64,000 nt of DNA from Eledone cirrhosa. Taxonomy: Eukaryota. Positions within the stretch are counted from its first letter, which is position 1. Each line of letters begins with the position of its first letter. Below, piece after piece: positions 40,701 to 54,630 of this stretch. The notes under the pieces are model-generated. The model was not told the origin of the DNA. It was given only the letters and a program-made list of their open reading frames with translations, and ran no database searches. The translations under genes were made by a program, and so were the position numbers. The stretch is taken from NCBI GenBank assembly GCA_964016885.1, contig OZ024758.1, positions 33,852,001 to 33,916,000 of the forward strand, written 5' to 3'.

Positions 40701-43700
40701 AAGTAACTCCACTGTTGGTGAGAATTCATTTAAGTCATGGTATTAGTTGTCAGAAGTAACTCCAATGTTGGTGAGAATTCATTTATGTTCATGGTACTAG
40801 CTGTCAGAAGTAACTCCACTGTTGGTGAGAATTCATTTAAGTTCATGGTATTAGCTGTCAGAAGTAACTCCACTGTTGGTGAGAATTCATTTAAGTCATG
40901 GTATTAGCTGTCAGAAGTAACTCCATTGTTGGTGAGATTTCATTTAAGTCATGGTACTAGCTGTCAGAAGTAACTCCACTGTTGGTGAGAATTCATTTAT
41001 GTTCATGGTACTAGTTGTCAGAAGTAACTCCACTGTTGGTGAGAATATATTTAAGTTCATGGTATTAGTTGTCAGAAGTAACTCCACTGTTGGTGAGAAT
41101 TCATTTAAGTCATGGTATTAGTTGTCAGAAGTAACTCCAATGTTGGTGAGAATTCATTTAAGTTCATGGTACTAGCTGTCAGAAGTAACTCCACTGTTGG
41201 TGAGAATTCATTTAAGTTCATGGTATTAGCTGTCAGAAGTAACTCCACTGTTGGTGAGAATTCATTTAAGTCATGGTATTAGCTGTCAGAAGTAACTCCA
41301 TTGTTGGTGAGAATTCATTTAAGTCATGGTACTAGCTGTCAGAAGTAACTCGACTGTTGGTGAGAATTCATTTAAGTTCATGGTACTAGCTGTCAGAAGT
41401 AACTCCACTGTTGGTGATAATTCATTTAAGTTCATGGTAATAGTTTGTCAGAAGTAACTCCACTGTTGGTGAGAATTCATTTAAGTGATGGTATTAGTTG
41501 TCAGAAGTAACTCCAATGTTGGTGAGAATTCATTTATGTTCATGGTACTAGCTGTCAGAAGTAACTCCACTGTTGGTGAGAATTCATTTAAGTTCATGGT
41601 ATTAGCTGTCAGAAGTAACTCCACTGTTGGTGAGAATTCATTTAAGTCATGGTATTAGCTGTCAGAAGTAACTCCATTGTTGGTGAGATTTCATTTAAGT
41701 CATGGTACTAGCTGTCAGAAGTAACTCCACTGTTGGTGAGAATTCATTTAAGTTCATGGTACTAGCTGTCAGAAGTAACTCCACTGTTGGTGAGAATTCA
41801 TTTAAGTTCATGGTACTAGCTGTCAGAAGTAACTCCACTGTTGGTGAGAATTCATTTAAGTTCATGGTACTAGCTGTCAGAAGTAACTCCACTGTTGGTG
41901 AGAATTCATTTAAGTTCATGGTACTAGCTGTCAGAAGTAACTCCAATGTTGGTGAGAATTCATTTAAGTTCATGGTATTAGCTGTCAGAAGTAACTCCAC
42001 TGTTGGTGAGAATTCATTTAAGTTCATGGTACTAGCTGTCAGAAGTAACTCCACTGTTGGTGAGAATTCATCTAAGTTCATGGTATTAGCTGTCAGAAGT
42101 CACTCCAATGTTGGTGAGAATTCATTTAAGTTCATGGTATTAGCTGTCAGAAGTTACTCCAATGTTGGTGAGAATTCATTTAAGTTCATGGTATTAGCTG
42201 TCAGAAGTAACTCCACTGTTGGTGAGAATTCATTTAAGTTCATGGTATTAGCTGTCAGAAGTAACTGCACTGTTGGTGAGAATTCATTTAAGTTCATGGT
42301 ATTAGCTGTCAGAAGTAACTCCACTGTTGGTGAGAATTCATTTAAGTTCATGGTATTAGCTGTCAGAAGGAACTCCAATGTTGGTGAGAATTCATTTAAG
42401 TCATGGTACTAGCTGTCAGAAGTAACTCCACTGTTGGTGAGAATTCATTTAAGTTCATGGTACTAGCTGTCAGAAGTAACTCCACTGTTGGTGATAATTC
42501 ATTTAAGTTCATGGTAATAGTTTGTCAGAAGTAACTCCACTGTTGGTGAGAATTCATTTAAGTCATGGTATTAGTTGTCAGAAGTAACTCCAATGTTGGT
42601 GAGAATTCATTTAAGTTCATGGTACTAGCTGTCAGAAGTAACTCCACTGTTGGTGAGAATTCATTTAAGTTCATGGTATTAGCTGTCAGAAGTAACTCCA
42701 CTGTTGGTGAGAATTCATTTAAGTCATGGTATTAGCTGTCAGAAGTAACTCCATTGATGGTGAGATTTCATTTAAGTCATGGTACTAGCTGTCAGAAGTA
42801 ACTCCACTGTTGGTGAGAATTCATTTAAGTTCATGGTACTAGCTGTCAGAAGTAACTCCACTGTTGGTGAGAATTCATTTAAGTTCATGGTACTAGCTGT
42901 CAGAAGTAACTCCACTGTTGGTGAGAATTCATTTAAGTTCATGGTACTAGCTGTCAGAAGTAACTCCACTGTTGGTGAGAATTCATTTAAGTTCATGGTA
43001 CTAGCTGTCAGAAGTAATTCCAATGTTGGTGAGAATTCATTTAAGTTCATGGTATTAGCTGTCAGAAGTAACTCCACTGTTGGTGAGAATTCATTTAAGT
43101 TCATGGTACTAGCTGTCAGAAGTAACTCCACTGTTGGTGAGAATTCATTTAAGTTCATGGTATTAGCTGTCAGAAGTCACTCCAATGTTGGTGAGAATTC
43201 ATTTAAGTTCATGGTATTAGCTGTCAGAAGTCACTCCACTGTTGGTGAGAATTCATTTAAGTTCATGGTACTAGCTGTCAGAAGTAACACCAATGTTGGT
43301 GAGAATTCATTTAAGTTCATGGTATTAGCTGTCAGAAGTCACTCCAATGTTGGTGAGAATTCATTTAAGTTCATGGTATTAGCTGTCAGAAGTAACTCCA
43401 CTGTTGGTGAGAATTCATTTAAGTTCATGGTATTAGCTGTCAGAAGTAACTCCACTGTTGGTGAGAATTCATTTAAGTTCATGGTATTAGCTGTCAGAAG
43501 TAACTCCACTGTTGGTGAGAATTCATTTAAGTTCATGGTATTAGCTGTCAGAAGGAACTCCAATGTTGGTGAGAATTCATTTAAGTCATGGTACTAGCTG
43601 TCAGAAGTAACTCCACTGTTGGTGAGAATTCATTTAAGTTCATGGTATTAGCTGTCAGAAGGAACGCCACTGTTGGTGAGAATTCATTTAAGTTCATGGT

Positions 43701-43760
43701 ATTAGCTGTCAGAAGTAACTCCACTGTTGGTGAGAATTCATTTAAGTTCATGGTACTAGC
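37290..43760. repeat. Block duplication, offset 3658 bp (68 monomers): ~37290-40100 and ~40950-43760
   Basis: Private SNVs AAGTGATG 37829/41487, CATCTAAG 38414/42072, ATTGATGG 39099/42757 and AACACCAAT ~39631/43289. Confidence 0.9.
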
Positions 43761-45299
43761 TGTCAGAAGTAACTCCACTGTTGGTGAGAATTCATTTAAG
43801 TTCATGGTATTAGCTGTCAGAAGTAACTCCAATGTTGGTGAGAATTCATTTAAGTCATGGTACTAGCTGTCAGAAGTAACTCCACTGTTGGTGAGAATTC
43901 ATTTAAGTTCATGGTATTAGCTGTCAGAAGTAACTCCACTGTTGGTGAGAATTCATTTAAGTTCATGGTACTAGCTGTCAGAAGTAACTCCACTGTTGGT
44001 GATAATTCATTTAAGTTCATGGTAATAGTTTGTCAGAAGTAACTCCAATGTTGGTGAGAATTCATTTAAGTCATGGTACTAGCTGTCAGAAGTAACTCCA
44101 CTGTTGGTGAGAATTCATTTAAGTTCATGGTATTAGCTGTCGGAAGTAACTCCATTGTTGGTGAGAATTCATTTAAGTTCATGGTACTAGCTGTCAGAAG
44201 TAACTCCAATGTTGGTGAGAATTCATTTAAGTCATGGTACTAGCTGTCAGAAGTAACTCCACTGTTGGTGAGAATTCATTTAAGTTCATGGTATTAGCTG
44301 TCAGAAGTAACTCCACTGTTGGTGAGAATTCATTTAAGTTCATGGTACTAGCTGTCAGAAGTAACTCCACTGTTGGTGAGAATTCATTTAAGTTCATGGT
44401 ATTAGCTGTCAGAAGGAACTCCATTGTTGGTGAGAATTCATTTAAGTCATGGTACTAGCTGTCAGAAGTAACTCCAATGTTGGTGAGAATTCATTTAAGT
44501 TCATGGTACTAGCTGTCAGAAGTAACTCCACTGTTGGTGAGAATTCATTTAAGTTCATGGTACTAGCTGTCAGAAGTAACTCCACTGTTGGTGAGAATTC
44601 ATTTAAGTCATGGTACTAGCTGTCAGAAGTAACTCCAATGTTGGTGAGAATTCATTTAAGTCATGGTACTAGCTGTCAGAAGTAACTCCACTGTTGGTGA
44701 GAATTCATTTAAGTTCATGGTATTAGCTGTCAGAAGTAACTCCACTGTTGGTGAGAATTCATTTAAGTTCATGGTACTAGCTGTCAGAAGTAACTCCACT
44801 GTTGGTGAGAATTCATTTAAGTTCATGGTATTAGCTGTCAGAAGGAACTCCATTGTTGGTGAGAATTCATTTAAGTCATGGTACTAGCTGTCAGAAGTAA
44901 CTCCAATGTTGGTGAGAATTCATTTAAGTTCATGGTATTAGCTGTCAGAAGTAACTGCACTGTTGGTGAGAATTCATTTAAGTTCATGGTACTAGCTGTC
45001 AGAAGTAACTCCACTGTTGGTGATAATTCATTTAAGTTCATGGTAATAGTTTGTCAGAAGTAACTCCAATGTTGGTGAGAATTCATTTAAGTCATGGTAC
45101 TAGCTGTCAGAAGTAACTCCACTGTTGGTGAGAATTCATTTAAGTTCATGGTATTAGCTGTCGGAAGTAACTCCACTGTTGGTGAGAATTCATTTAAGTT
45201 CATGGTACTAGCTGTCAGAAGTAACTCCACTGTTGGTGAGAATTCATTTAAGTTCATGGTATTAGCTGTCAGAAGGAACTCCATTGTTGGTGAGAATTC

Positions 45300-48200
45300 A
45301 TTTAAGTCATGGTATTAGCTGTCAGAAGTAACTCCACTGTTGGTGAGAATTCATTTAAGTTCATGGTATTAGCTGTCAGAAGTAACTGCACTGTTGGTGA
45401 GAATTCATTTAAGTTCATGGTATTAGCTGTCAGAAGTAACTCCACTGTTGGTGAGAATTCATTTAAGTTCATGGTATTAGCTGTCAGAAGGAACTCCAAT
45501 GTTGGTGAGAATTCATTTAAGTCATGGTACTAGCTGTCAGAAGTAACTCCACTGTTGGTGAGAATTCATTTAAGTTCATGGTATTAGCTGTCAGAAGGAA
45601 CGCCACTGTTGGTGAGAATTCATTTAAGTTCATGGTATTAGCTGTCAGAAGTAACTCCACTGTTGGTGAGAATTCATTTAAGTTCATGGTACTAGCTGTC
45701 AGAAGTAACTCCAATGTTGGTGAGAATTCATTTAAGTTCATGGTACTAGCTGTCAGAAGTAACTCCACTGTTGGTGAGAATTCATTTAAGTTCATGGTAC
45801 TAGCTGTCAGAAGTAACTCCAATGTTGGTGAGAATTCATTTAAGTTCATGGTATTAGCTGTCAGAAGTAACTCCAATGTTGGTGAGAATTCATTTAAGTT
45901 CATGGTATTAGCTGTCAGAAGTAACTCCACTGTTGGTGAGAATTCATTTAAGTTCATGGTATTAGCTGTCAGAAGTAACTCCACTGTTGGTGAGAATTCA
46001 TTTAAGTTCATGGTAATAGTTTGTCACAAGTAACTCCACTGTTGGTGAGAATTCATTTAAGTCATGGTATTAGTTGTCAGAAGTAACTCCAATGTCGGTG
46101 AGAATTCATTTAAGTTCATGGTACTAGCTGTCAGAAGTAACTCCACTGTTGGTGAGAATTCATTTAAGTTCATGGTATTAGCTGTCAGAAGTAACTCCAC
46201 TGTTGGTGAGAATTCATTTAAGTCATGGTATTAGCTGTCAGAAGTAACTCCATTGTTGGTGAAATTTCATTTAAGTCATGGTACTAGCTGTCAGAAGTAA
46301 CTCCACTGTTGGTGAGAATTCATTTAAGTTCATGGTACTAGCTGTCAGAAGTAACTCCACTGTTGGTGAGAATTCATTTAAGTTCATCGTACTAGCTGTC
46401 AGAAGTAACTCCAATGTTGGTGAGAATTCATTTAAGTTCATGGTATTAGCTGTCAGAAGTAACTCCACTGTTGGTGAGAATTCATTTAAGTTCATGGTAC
46501 TAGCTGTCAGAAGAAACTCCACTGTTGGTGAGAATTCATTTAAGTTCATGGTATTAGCTGTCAGAAGTCACTTCAATGTTGGTGAGAATTCATTTAAGTT
46601 CATGGTATTAGCTGTCAGAAGTCACTCCACTGTTGGTGAGAATTCATTTAAGTTCATGGTACTAGCTGTCAGAAGTAACCCCAATGTTGGTGAGAATTCA
46701 TTTAAGTTCATGGTATTAGCTGTCAGAAGTAACTCCACTGTTGGTGAGAATTCATTTAAGTTCATGGTATTAGCTGTCAGAAGTAACTCCACTGTTGGTG
46801 AGAATTCATTTAAGTTCATGGTATTAGCTGTCAGAAGTAACTCCACTGTTGGTGAGAATTCATTTAAGTTCATGGTATTAGCTGTCAGAAGGAACTCCAA
46901 TGTTGGTGAGAATTCATTTAAGTCATGGTACTAGCTGTCAGAAGTAACTCCACTGTTGGTGAGAATTCATTTAAGTTCATGGTATTAGCTGTCAGAAGGA
47001 ACGCAACTGTTGGTGAGAATTCATTTAAGTTCATGGTATTAGCTGTCAGAAGTAACTCCACTGTTGGTGAGAATTCATTTAAGTTCATGGTACTAGCTGT
47101 CAGAAGTAACTCCAATGTTGGTGAGAATTCATTTAAGTCCATGGTATTAGCTGTCAGAAGGAACTCCACTGTTGGTGAGAATTCATTTAAGTTCATGGTA
47201 TTAGCTGTCAGAAGTAACTCCACTGTTGGTGAGAATTCATTTAAGTTCATGGTACTAGCTGTCAGAAGTAACTCCACTGTTGGTGATAATTCATTTAAGT
47301 TCATGGTAATAGTTTGTCAGAAGTAACTCCACTGTTGGTGAGAATTCATTTAAGTCATGGTATTAGTTGTCAGAAGTAACTCCAATGTTGGTGAGAATTC
47401 ATTTAAGTTCATGGTACTAGCTGTCAGAAGTAACTCCACTGTTGGTGAGAATTCATTTAAGTTCATGGTATTAGCTGTCAGAAGTAACTCCACTGTTGGT
47501 GAGAATTCATTTAAGTCATGGTATTAGCTGTCAGAAGTAACTCCATTGTTGGTGAGATTTCATTTAAGTCATGGTACTAGCTGTCAGAAGTAACTCCACT
47601 GTTGGTGAGAATTCATTTAAGTTCATGGTACTAGCTGTCAGAAGTAACTCCACTGTTGGTGAGAATTCATTTAAGTTCATGGTACTAGCTGTCAGAAGTA
47701 ACTCCACTGTTGGTGAGAATTCATTTAAGTTCATGGTACTAGCTGTCAGAAGTAACTCCACTGTTGGTGAGAATTCATTTAAGTTCATGGTACTAGCTGT
47801 CAGAAGTAACTCCAATGTTGGTGAGAATTCATTTAAGTTCATGGTATTAGCTGTCAGAAGTAACTCCACTGTTGGTGAGAATTCATTTAAGTTCATGGTA
47901 CTAGCTGTCAGAAGTAACTCCACTGTTGGTGAGAATTCATTTAAGTTCATGGTATTAGCTGTCAGAAGTCACTCCAATGTTGGTGAGAATTCATTTAAGT
48001 TCATGGTATTAGCTGTCAGAAGTAACTCCACTGTTGGTGAGAATTCATTTAAGTTCATGGTACTAGCTGTCAGAAGTAACTCCAATGTTGGTGAGAATTC
48101 ATTTAAGTTCATGGTATTAGCTGTCAGAAGTAACTCCACTGTTGGTGAGAATTCATTTAAGTTCATGGTACTAGCTGTCAGAAGTAACTCCACTGTTGGT

Positions 48201-51200
48201 GAGAATTCATTTAAGTTCATGGTATTAGCTGTCAGAAGTCACTCCAATGTTGGTGAGAATTCATTTAAGTTCATGGTATTAGCTGTCAGAAGTCACTCCA
48301 CTGTTGGTGAGAATTCATTTAAGTTCATGGTACTAGCTGTCAGAAGTAACCCCAATGTTGGTGAGAATTCATTTAAGTTCATGGTATTAGCTGTCAGAAG
48401 TCACTCCAATGTTGGTGAGAATTCATTTAAGTTCATGGTATTAGCTGTCAGAAGTAACTCCACTGTTGGTGATAATTCATTTAAGTTCATGGTAATAGTT
48501 TGTCAGAAGTAACTCCACTGTTGGTGAGAATTCATTTAAGTCATGGTATTAGTTGTCAGAAGTAACTCCAATGTTGGTGAGAATTCATTTATGTTCATGG
48601 TACTAGCTGTCAGAAGTAACTCCACTGTTGGTGAGAATTCATTTAAGTTCATGGTATTAGCTGTCAGAAGTAACTCCACTGTTGGTGAGAATTCATTTAA
48701 GTCATGGTATTAGCTGTCAGAAGTAACTCCATTGTTGGTGAGATTTCATTTAAGTCATGGTACTAGCTGTCAGAAGTAACTCCACTGTTGGTGAGAATTC
48801 ATTTAAGTTCATGGTACTAGCTGTCAGAAGTAACTCCACTGTTGGTGAGAATTCATTTAAGTTCATGGTACTAGCTGTCAGAAGTAACTCCACTGTTGGT
48901 GAGAATTCATTTAAGTTCATGGTACTAGCTGTCAGAAGTAACTCCACTGTTGGTGAGAATTCATTTAAGTTCATGGTACTAGCTGTCAGAAGTAACTCCA
49001 CTGTTGGTGAGAATTCATTTAAGTTCATGGTATTAGCTGTCAGAAGGAACTCCATTGTTGGTGAGAATTCATTTAAGTCATGGTACTAGCTGTCAGAAGT
49101 AACTCCACTGTTGGTGAGAATTCATTTAAGTTCATGGTACTAGCTGTCAGAAGTAACTCCAATGTTGGTGAGAATTCATTTAAGTTCATGGTATTAGCTG
49201 TCAGAAGTAACTCCACTGTTGGTGAGAATTCATTTAAGTTCATGGTACTAGCTGTCAGAAGTAACTCCACTGTTGGTGAGAATTCATTTAAGTTCATGGT
49301 ATTAGCTGTCAGAAGTCACTCCAATGTTGGTGAGAATTCATTTAAGTTCATGGTATTAGCTGTCAGAAGTCACTCCACTGTTGGTGATAATTCATTTAAG
49401 TTCATGGTACTAGCTGTCAGAAGTAACTCGAATGTTGGTGAGAATTCATTTAAGTTCATGGTATTAGCTGTCAGAAGTCACTCCAATGTTGGTGAGAATT
49501 CATTTAAGTTCATGGTATTAGCTGTCAGAAGTAACTCCACTGTTGGTGAGAATTCATTTAAGTTCATGGTATTAGCTGTCAGAAGTAACTGCACTGTTGG
49601 TGAGAATTCATTTAAGTTCATGGTATTAGCTGTCAGAAGTAACTCCACTGTTGGTGAGAATTCATTTAAGTTCATGGTATTAGCTGTCAGAAGGAACTCC
49701 AATGTTGGTGAGAATTCATTTAAGTCATGGTACTAGCTGTCAGAAGTAACTCCACTGTTGGTGAGAATTCATTTAAGTTCATGGTATTAGCTGTCAGAAG
49801 GAACGCCACTGTTGGTGAGAATTCATTTAAGTTCATGGTATTAGCTGTCAGAAGTAACTCCACTGTTGGTGAGAATTCATTTAAGTTCATGGTACTAGCT
49901 GTCAGAAGTAACTCCAATGTTGGTGAGAATTCATTTAAGTTCATGGTACTAGCTGTCAGAAGTAACTCCACTGTTGGTGAGAATTCATTTAAGTTCATGG
50001 TACTAGCTGTCAGAAGTAACTCCAATGTTGGTGAGAATTCATTTAAGTTCATGGTATTAGCTGTCAGAAGTAACTCCAATGTTGGTGAGAATTCATTTAA
50101 GTTCATGGTATTAGCTGTCAGAAGTAACTCCACTGTTGGTGAGAATTCATTTAAGTTCATGGTATTAGCTGTCAGAAGTAACTCCACTGTTGGTGAGAAT
50201 TCATTTAAGTTCATGGTAATAGTTTGTCAGAAGTAACTCCACTGTTGGTGAGAATTCATTTAAGTCATGGTATTAGTTGTCAGAAGTAACTCCAATGTCG
50301 GTGAGAATTCATTTAAGTTCATGGTACTAGCTGTCAGAAGTAACTCCACTGTTGGTGAGAATTCATTTAAGTTCATGGTATTAGCTGTCAGAAGTAACTC
50401 CACTGTTGGTGAGAATTCATTTAAGTCATGGTATTAGCTGTCAGAAGTAACTCCATTGTTGGTGAAATTTCATTTAAGTCATGGTACTAGCTGTCAGAAG
50501 TAACTCCACTGTTGGTGAGAATTCATTTAAGTTCATGGTACTAGCTGTCAGAAGTAACTCCACTGTTGGTGAGAATTCATTTAAGTTCATCGTACTAGCT
50601 GTCAGAAGTAACTCCAATGTTGGTGAGAATTCATTTAAGTTCATGGTATTAGCTGTCAGAAGTAACTCCACTGTTGGTGAGAATTCATTTAAGTTCATGG
50701 TACTAGCTGTCAGAAGAAACTCCACTGTTGGTGAGAATTCATTTAAGTTCATGGTATTAGCTGTCAGAAGTCACTTCAATGTTGGTGAGAATTCATTTAA
50801 GTTCATGGTATTAGCTGTCAGAAGTCACTCCACTGTTGGTGAGAATTCATTTAAGTTCATGGTACTAGCTGTCAGAAGTAACCCCAATGTTGGTGAGAAT
50901 TCATTTAAGTTCATGGTATTAGCTGTCAGAAGTAACTCCACTGTTGGTGAGAATTCATTTAAGTTCATGGTATTAGCTGTCAGAAGTAACTCCACTGTTG
51001 GTGAGAATTCATTTAAGTTCATGGTATTAGCTGTCAGAAGTAACTCCACTGTTGGTGAGAATTCATTTAAGTTCATGGTATTAGCTGTCAGAAGGAACTC
51101 CAATGTTGGTGAGAATTCATTTAAGTCATGGTACTAGCTGTCAGAAGTAACTCCACTGTTGGTGAGAATTCATTTAAGTTCATGGTATTAGCTGTCAGAA

Positions 51201-54200
51201 GGAACGCAACTGTTGGTGAGAATTCATTTAAGTTCATGGTATTAGCTGTCAGAAGTAACTCCACTGTTGGTGAGAATTCATTTAAGTTCATGGTACTAGC
51301 TGTCAGAAGTAACTCCAATGTTGGTGAGAATTCATTTAAGTCCATGGTATTAGCTGTCAGAAGGAACTCCACTGTTGGTGAGAATTCATTTAAGTTCATG
51401 GTATTAGCTGTCAGAAGTAACTCCACTGTTGGTGAGAATTCATTTAAGTTCATGGTACTAGCTGTCAGAAGTAACTCCACTGTTGGTGATAATTCATTTA
51501 AGTTCATGGTAATAGTTTGTCAGAAGTAACTCCACTGTTGGTGAGAATTCATTTAAGTCATGGTATTAGTTGTCAGAAGTAACTCCAATGTTGGTGAGAA
51601 TTCATTTAAGTTCATGGTACTAGCTGTCAGAAGTAACTCCACTGTTGGTGAGAATTCATTTAAGTTCATGGTATTAGCTGTCAGAAGTAACTCCACTGTT
51701 GGTGAGAATTCATTTAAGTCATGGTATTAGCTGTCAGAAGTAACTCCATTGTTGGTGAGATTTCATTTAAGTCATGGTACTAGCTGTCAGAAGTAACTCC
51801 ACTGTTGGTGAGAATTCATTTAAGTTCATGGTACTAGCTGTCAGAAGTAACTCCACTGTTGGTGAGAATTCATTTAAGTTCATGGTACTAGCTGTCAGAA
51901 GTAACTCCACTGTTGGTGAGAATTCATTTAAGTTCATGGTACTAGCTGTCAGAAGTAACTCCACTGTTGGTGAGAATTCATTTAAGTTCATGGTACTAGC
52001 TGTCAGAAGTAACTCCAATGTTGGTGAGAATTCATTTAAGTTCATGGTATTAGCTGTCAGAAGTAACTCCACTGTTGGTGAGAATTCATTTAAGTTCATG
52101 GTACTAGCTGTCAGAAGTAACTCCACTGTTGGTGAGAATTCATTTAAGTTCATGGTATTAGCTGTCAGAAGTCACTCCAATGTTGGTGAGAATTCATTTA
52201 AGTTCATGGTATTAGCTGTCAGAAGTAACTCCACTGTTGGTGAGAATTCATTTAAGTTCATGGTACTAGCTGTCAGAAGTAACTCCAATGTTGGTGAGAA
52301 TTCATTTAAGTTCATGGTATTAGCTGTCAGAAGTAACTCCACTGTTGGTGAGAATTCATTTAAGTTCATGGTACTAGCTGTCAGAAGTAACTCCACTGTT
52401 GGTGAGAATTCATTTAAGTTCATGGTATTAGCTGTCAGAAGTCACTCCAATGTTGGTGAGAATTCATTTAAGTTCATGGTATTAGCTGTCAGAAGTCACT
52501 CCACTGTTGGTGAGAATTCATTTAAGTTCATGGTACTAGCTGTCAGAAGTAACCCCAATGTTGGTGAGAATTCATTTAAGTTCATGGTATTAGCTGTCAG
52601 AAGTCACTCCAATGTTGGTGAGAATTCATTTAAGTTCATGGTATTAGCTGTCAGAAGTAACTCCACTGTTGGTGATAATTCATTTAAGTTCATGGTAATA
52701 GTTTGTCAGAAGTAACTCCACTGTTGGTGAGAATTCATTTAAGTCATGGTATTAGTTGTCAGAAGTAACTCCAATGTTGGTGAGAATTCATTTATGTTCA
52801 TGGTACTAGCTGTCAGAAGTAACTCCACTGTTGGTGAGAATTCATTTAAGTTCATGGTATTAGCTGTCAGAAGTAACTCCACTGTTGGTGAGAATTCATT
52901 TAAGTCATGGTATTAGCTGTCAGAAGTAACTCCATTGTTGGTGAGATTTCATTTAAGTCATGGTACTAGCTGTCAGAAGTAACTCCACTGTTGGTGAGAA
53001 TTCATTTAAGTTCATGGTACTAGCTGTCAGAAGTAACTCCACTGTTGGTGAGAATTCATTTAAGTTCATGGTACTAGCTGTCAGAAGTAACTCCACTGTT
53101 GGTGAGAATTCATTTAAGTTCATGGTACTAGCTGTCAGAAGTAACTCCACTGTTGGTGAGAATTCATTTAAGTTCATGGTACTAGCTGTCAGAAGTAACT
53201 CCACTGTTGGTGAGAATTCATTTAAGTTCATGGTATTAGCTGTCAGAAGGAACTCCATTGTTGGTGAGAATTCATTTAAGTCATGGTACAAGCTGTCAGA
53301 AGTAACTCCACTGTTGGTGAGAATTCATTTAAGTTCATGGTACTAGCTGTCAGAAGTAACTCCAATGTTGGTGAGAATTCATTTAAGTTCATGGTATTAG
53401 CTGTCAGAAGTAACTCCACTGTTGGTGAGAATTCATTTAAGTTCATGGTACTAGCTGTCAGAAGTAACTCCACTGTTGGTGAGAATTCATTTAAGTTCAT
53501 GGTATTAGCTGTCAGAAGTCACTCCAATGTTGGTGAGAATTCATTTAAGTTCATGGTATTAGCTGTCAGAAGTCACTCCACTGTTGGTGATAATTCATTT
53601 AAGTTCATGGTACTAGCTGTCAGAAGTAACCCGAATGTTGGTGAGAATTCATTTAAGTTCATGGTATTAGCTGTCAGAAGTCACTCCAATGTTGGTGAGA
53701 ATTCATTTAAGTTCATGGTATTAGCTGTCAGAAGTAACTCCACTGTTGGTGAGAATTCATTTAAGTTCATGGTATTAGCTGTCAGAAGTAACTGCACTGT
53801 TGGTGAGAATTCATTTAAGTTCATGGTATTAGCTGTCAGAAGTAACTCCACTGTTGGTGAGAATTCATTTAAGTTCATGGTATTAGCTGTCAGAAGGAAC
53901 TCCAATGTTGGTGAGAATTCATTTAAGTCATGGTACTAGCTGTCAGAAGTAACTCCACTGTTGGTGAGAATTCATTTAAGTTCATGGTATTAGCTGTCAG
54001 AAGGAACGCCACTGTTGGTGAGAATTCATTTAAGTTCATGGTATTAGCTGTCAGAAGTAACTCCACTGTTGGTGAGAATTCATTTAAGTTCATGGTACTA
54101 GCTGTCAGAAGTAACTCCAATGTTGGTGAGAATTCATTTAAGTTCATGGTACTAGCTGTCAGAAGTAACTCCACTGTTGGTGAGAATTCATTTAAGTTCA

Positions 54201-54630
54201 TGGTACTAGCTGTCAGAAGTAACTCCAATGTTGGTGAGAATTCATTTAAGTTCATGGTATTAGCTGTCAGAAGTAACTCCAATGTTGGTGAGAATTCATT
54301 TAAGTTCATGGTATTAGCTGTCAGAAGTAACTCCACTGTTGGTGAGAATTCATTTAAGTTCATGGTATTAGCTGTCAGAAGTAACTCCACTGTTGGTGAG
54401 AATTCATTTAAGTTCATGGTAATAGTTTGTCAGAAGTAACTCCACTGTTGGTGAGAATTCATTTAAGTCATGGTATTAGTTGTCAGAAGTAACTCCAATG
54501 TCGGTGAGAATTCATTTAAGTTCATGGTACTAGCTGTCAGAAGTAACTCCACTGTTGGTGAGAATTCATTTAAGTTCATGGTATTAGCTGTCAGAAGTAA
54601 CTCCACTGTTGGTGAGAATTCATTTAAGTT
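45300..54630. repeat. Tandem higher-order repeat, period 4203 bp (78 monomers), about 2.2 copies
   Basis: ORF starts 45524/49727/53930, 46278/50481, 46925/51128, 47571/51774, 48757/52960 and 49080/53283. Private variants CACTTC 46573/50776, AACGCAAC and AAGTCCATGG. Confidence 0.92.

Noticed and set aside
2610-45170. Recurrence of the same 1021-bp offset at ~2.6-4.4 kb and ~43.9-45.2 kb as a preferred period
   Set aside because: The two regions have different variant content, and possible offsets are quantised near multiples of 54, so coincidence is likely.
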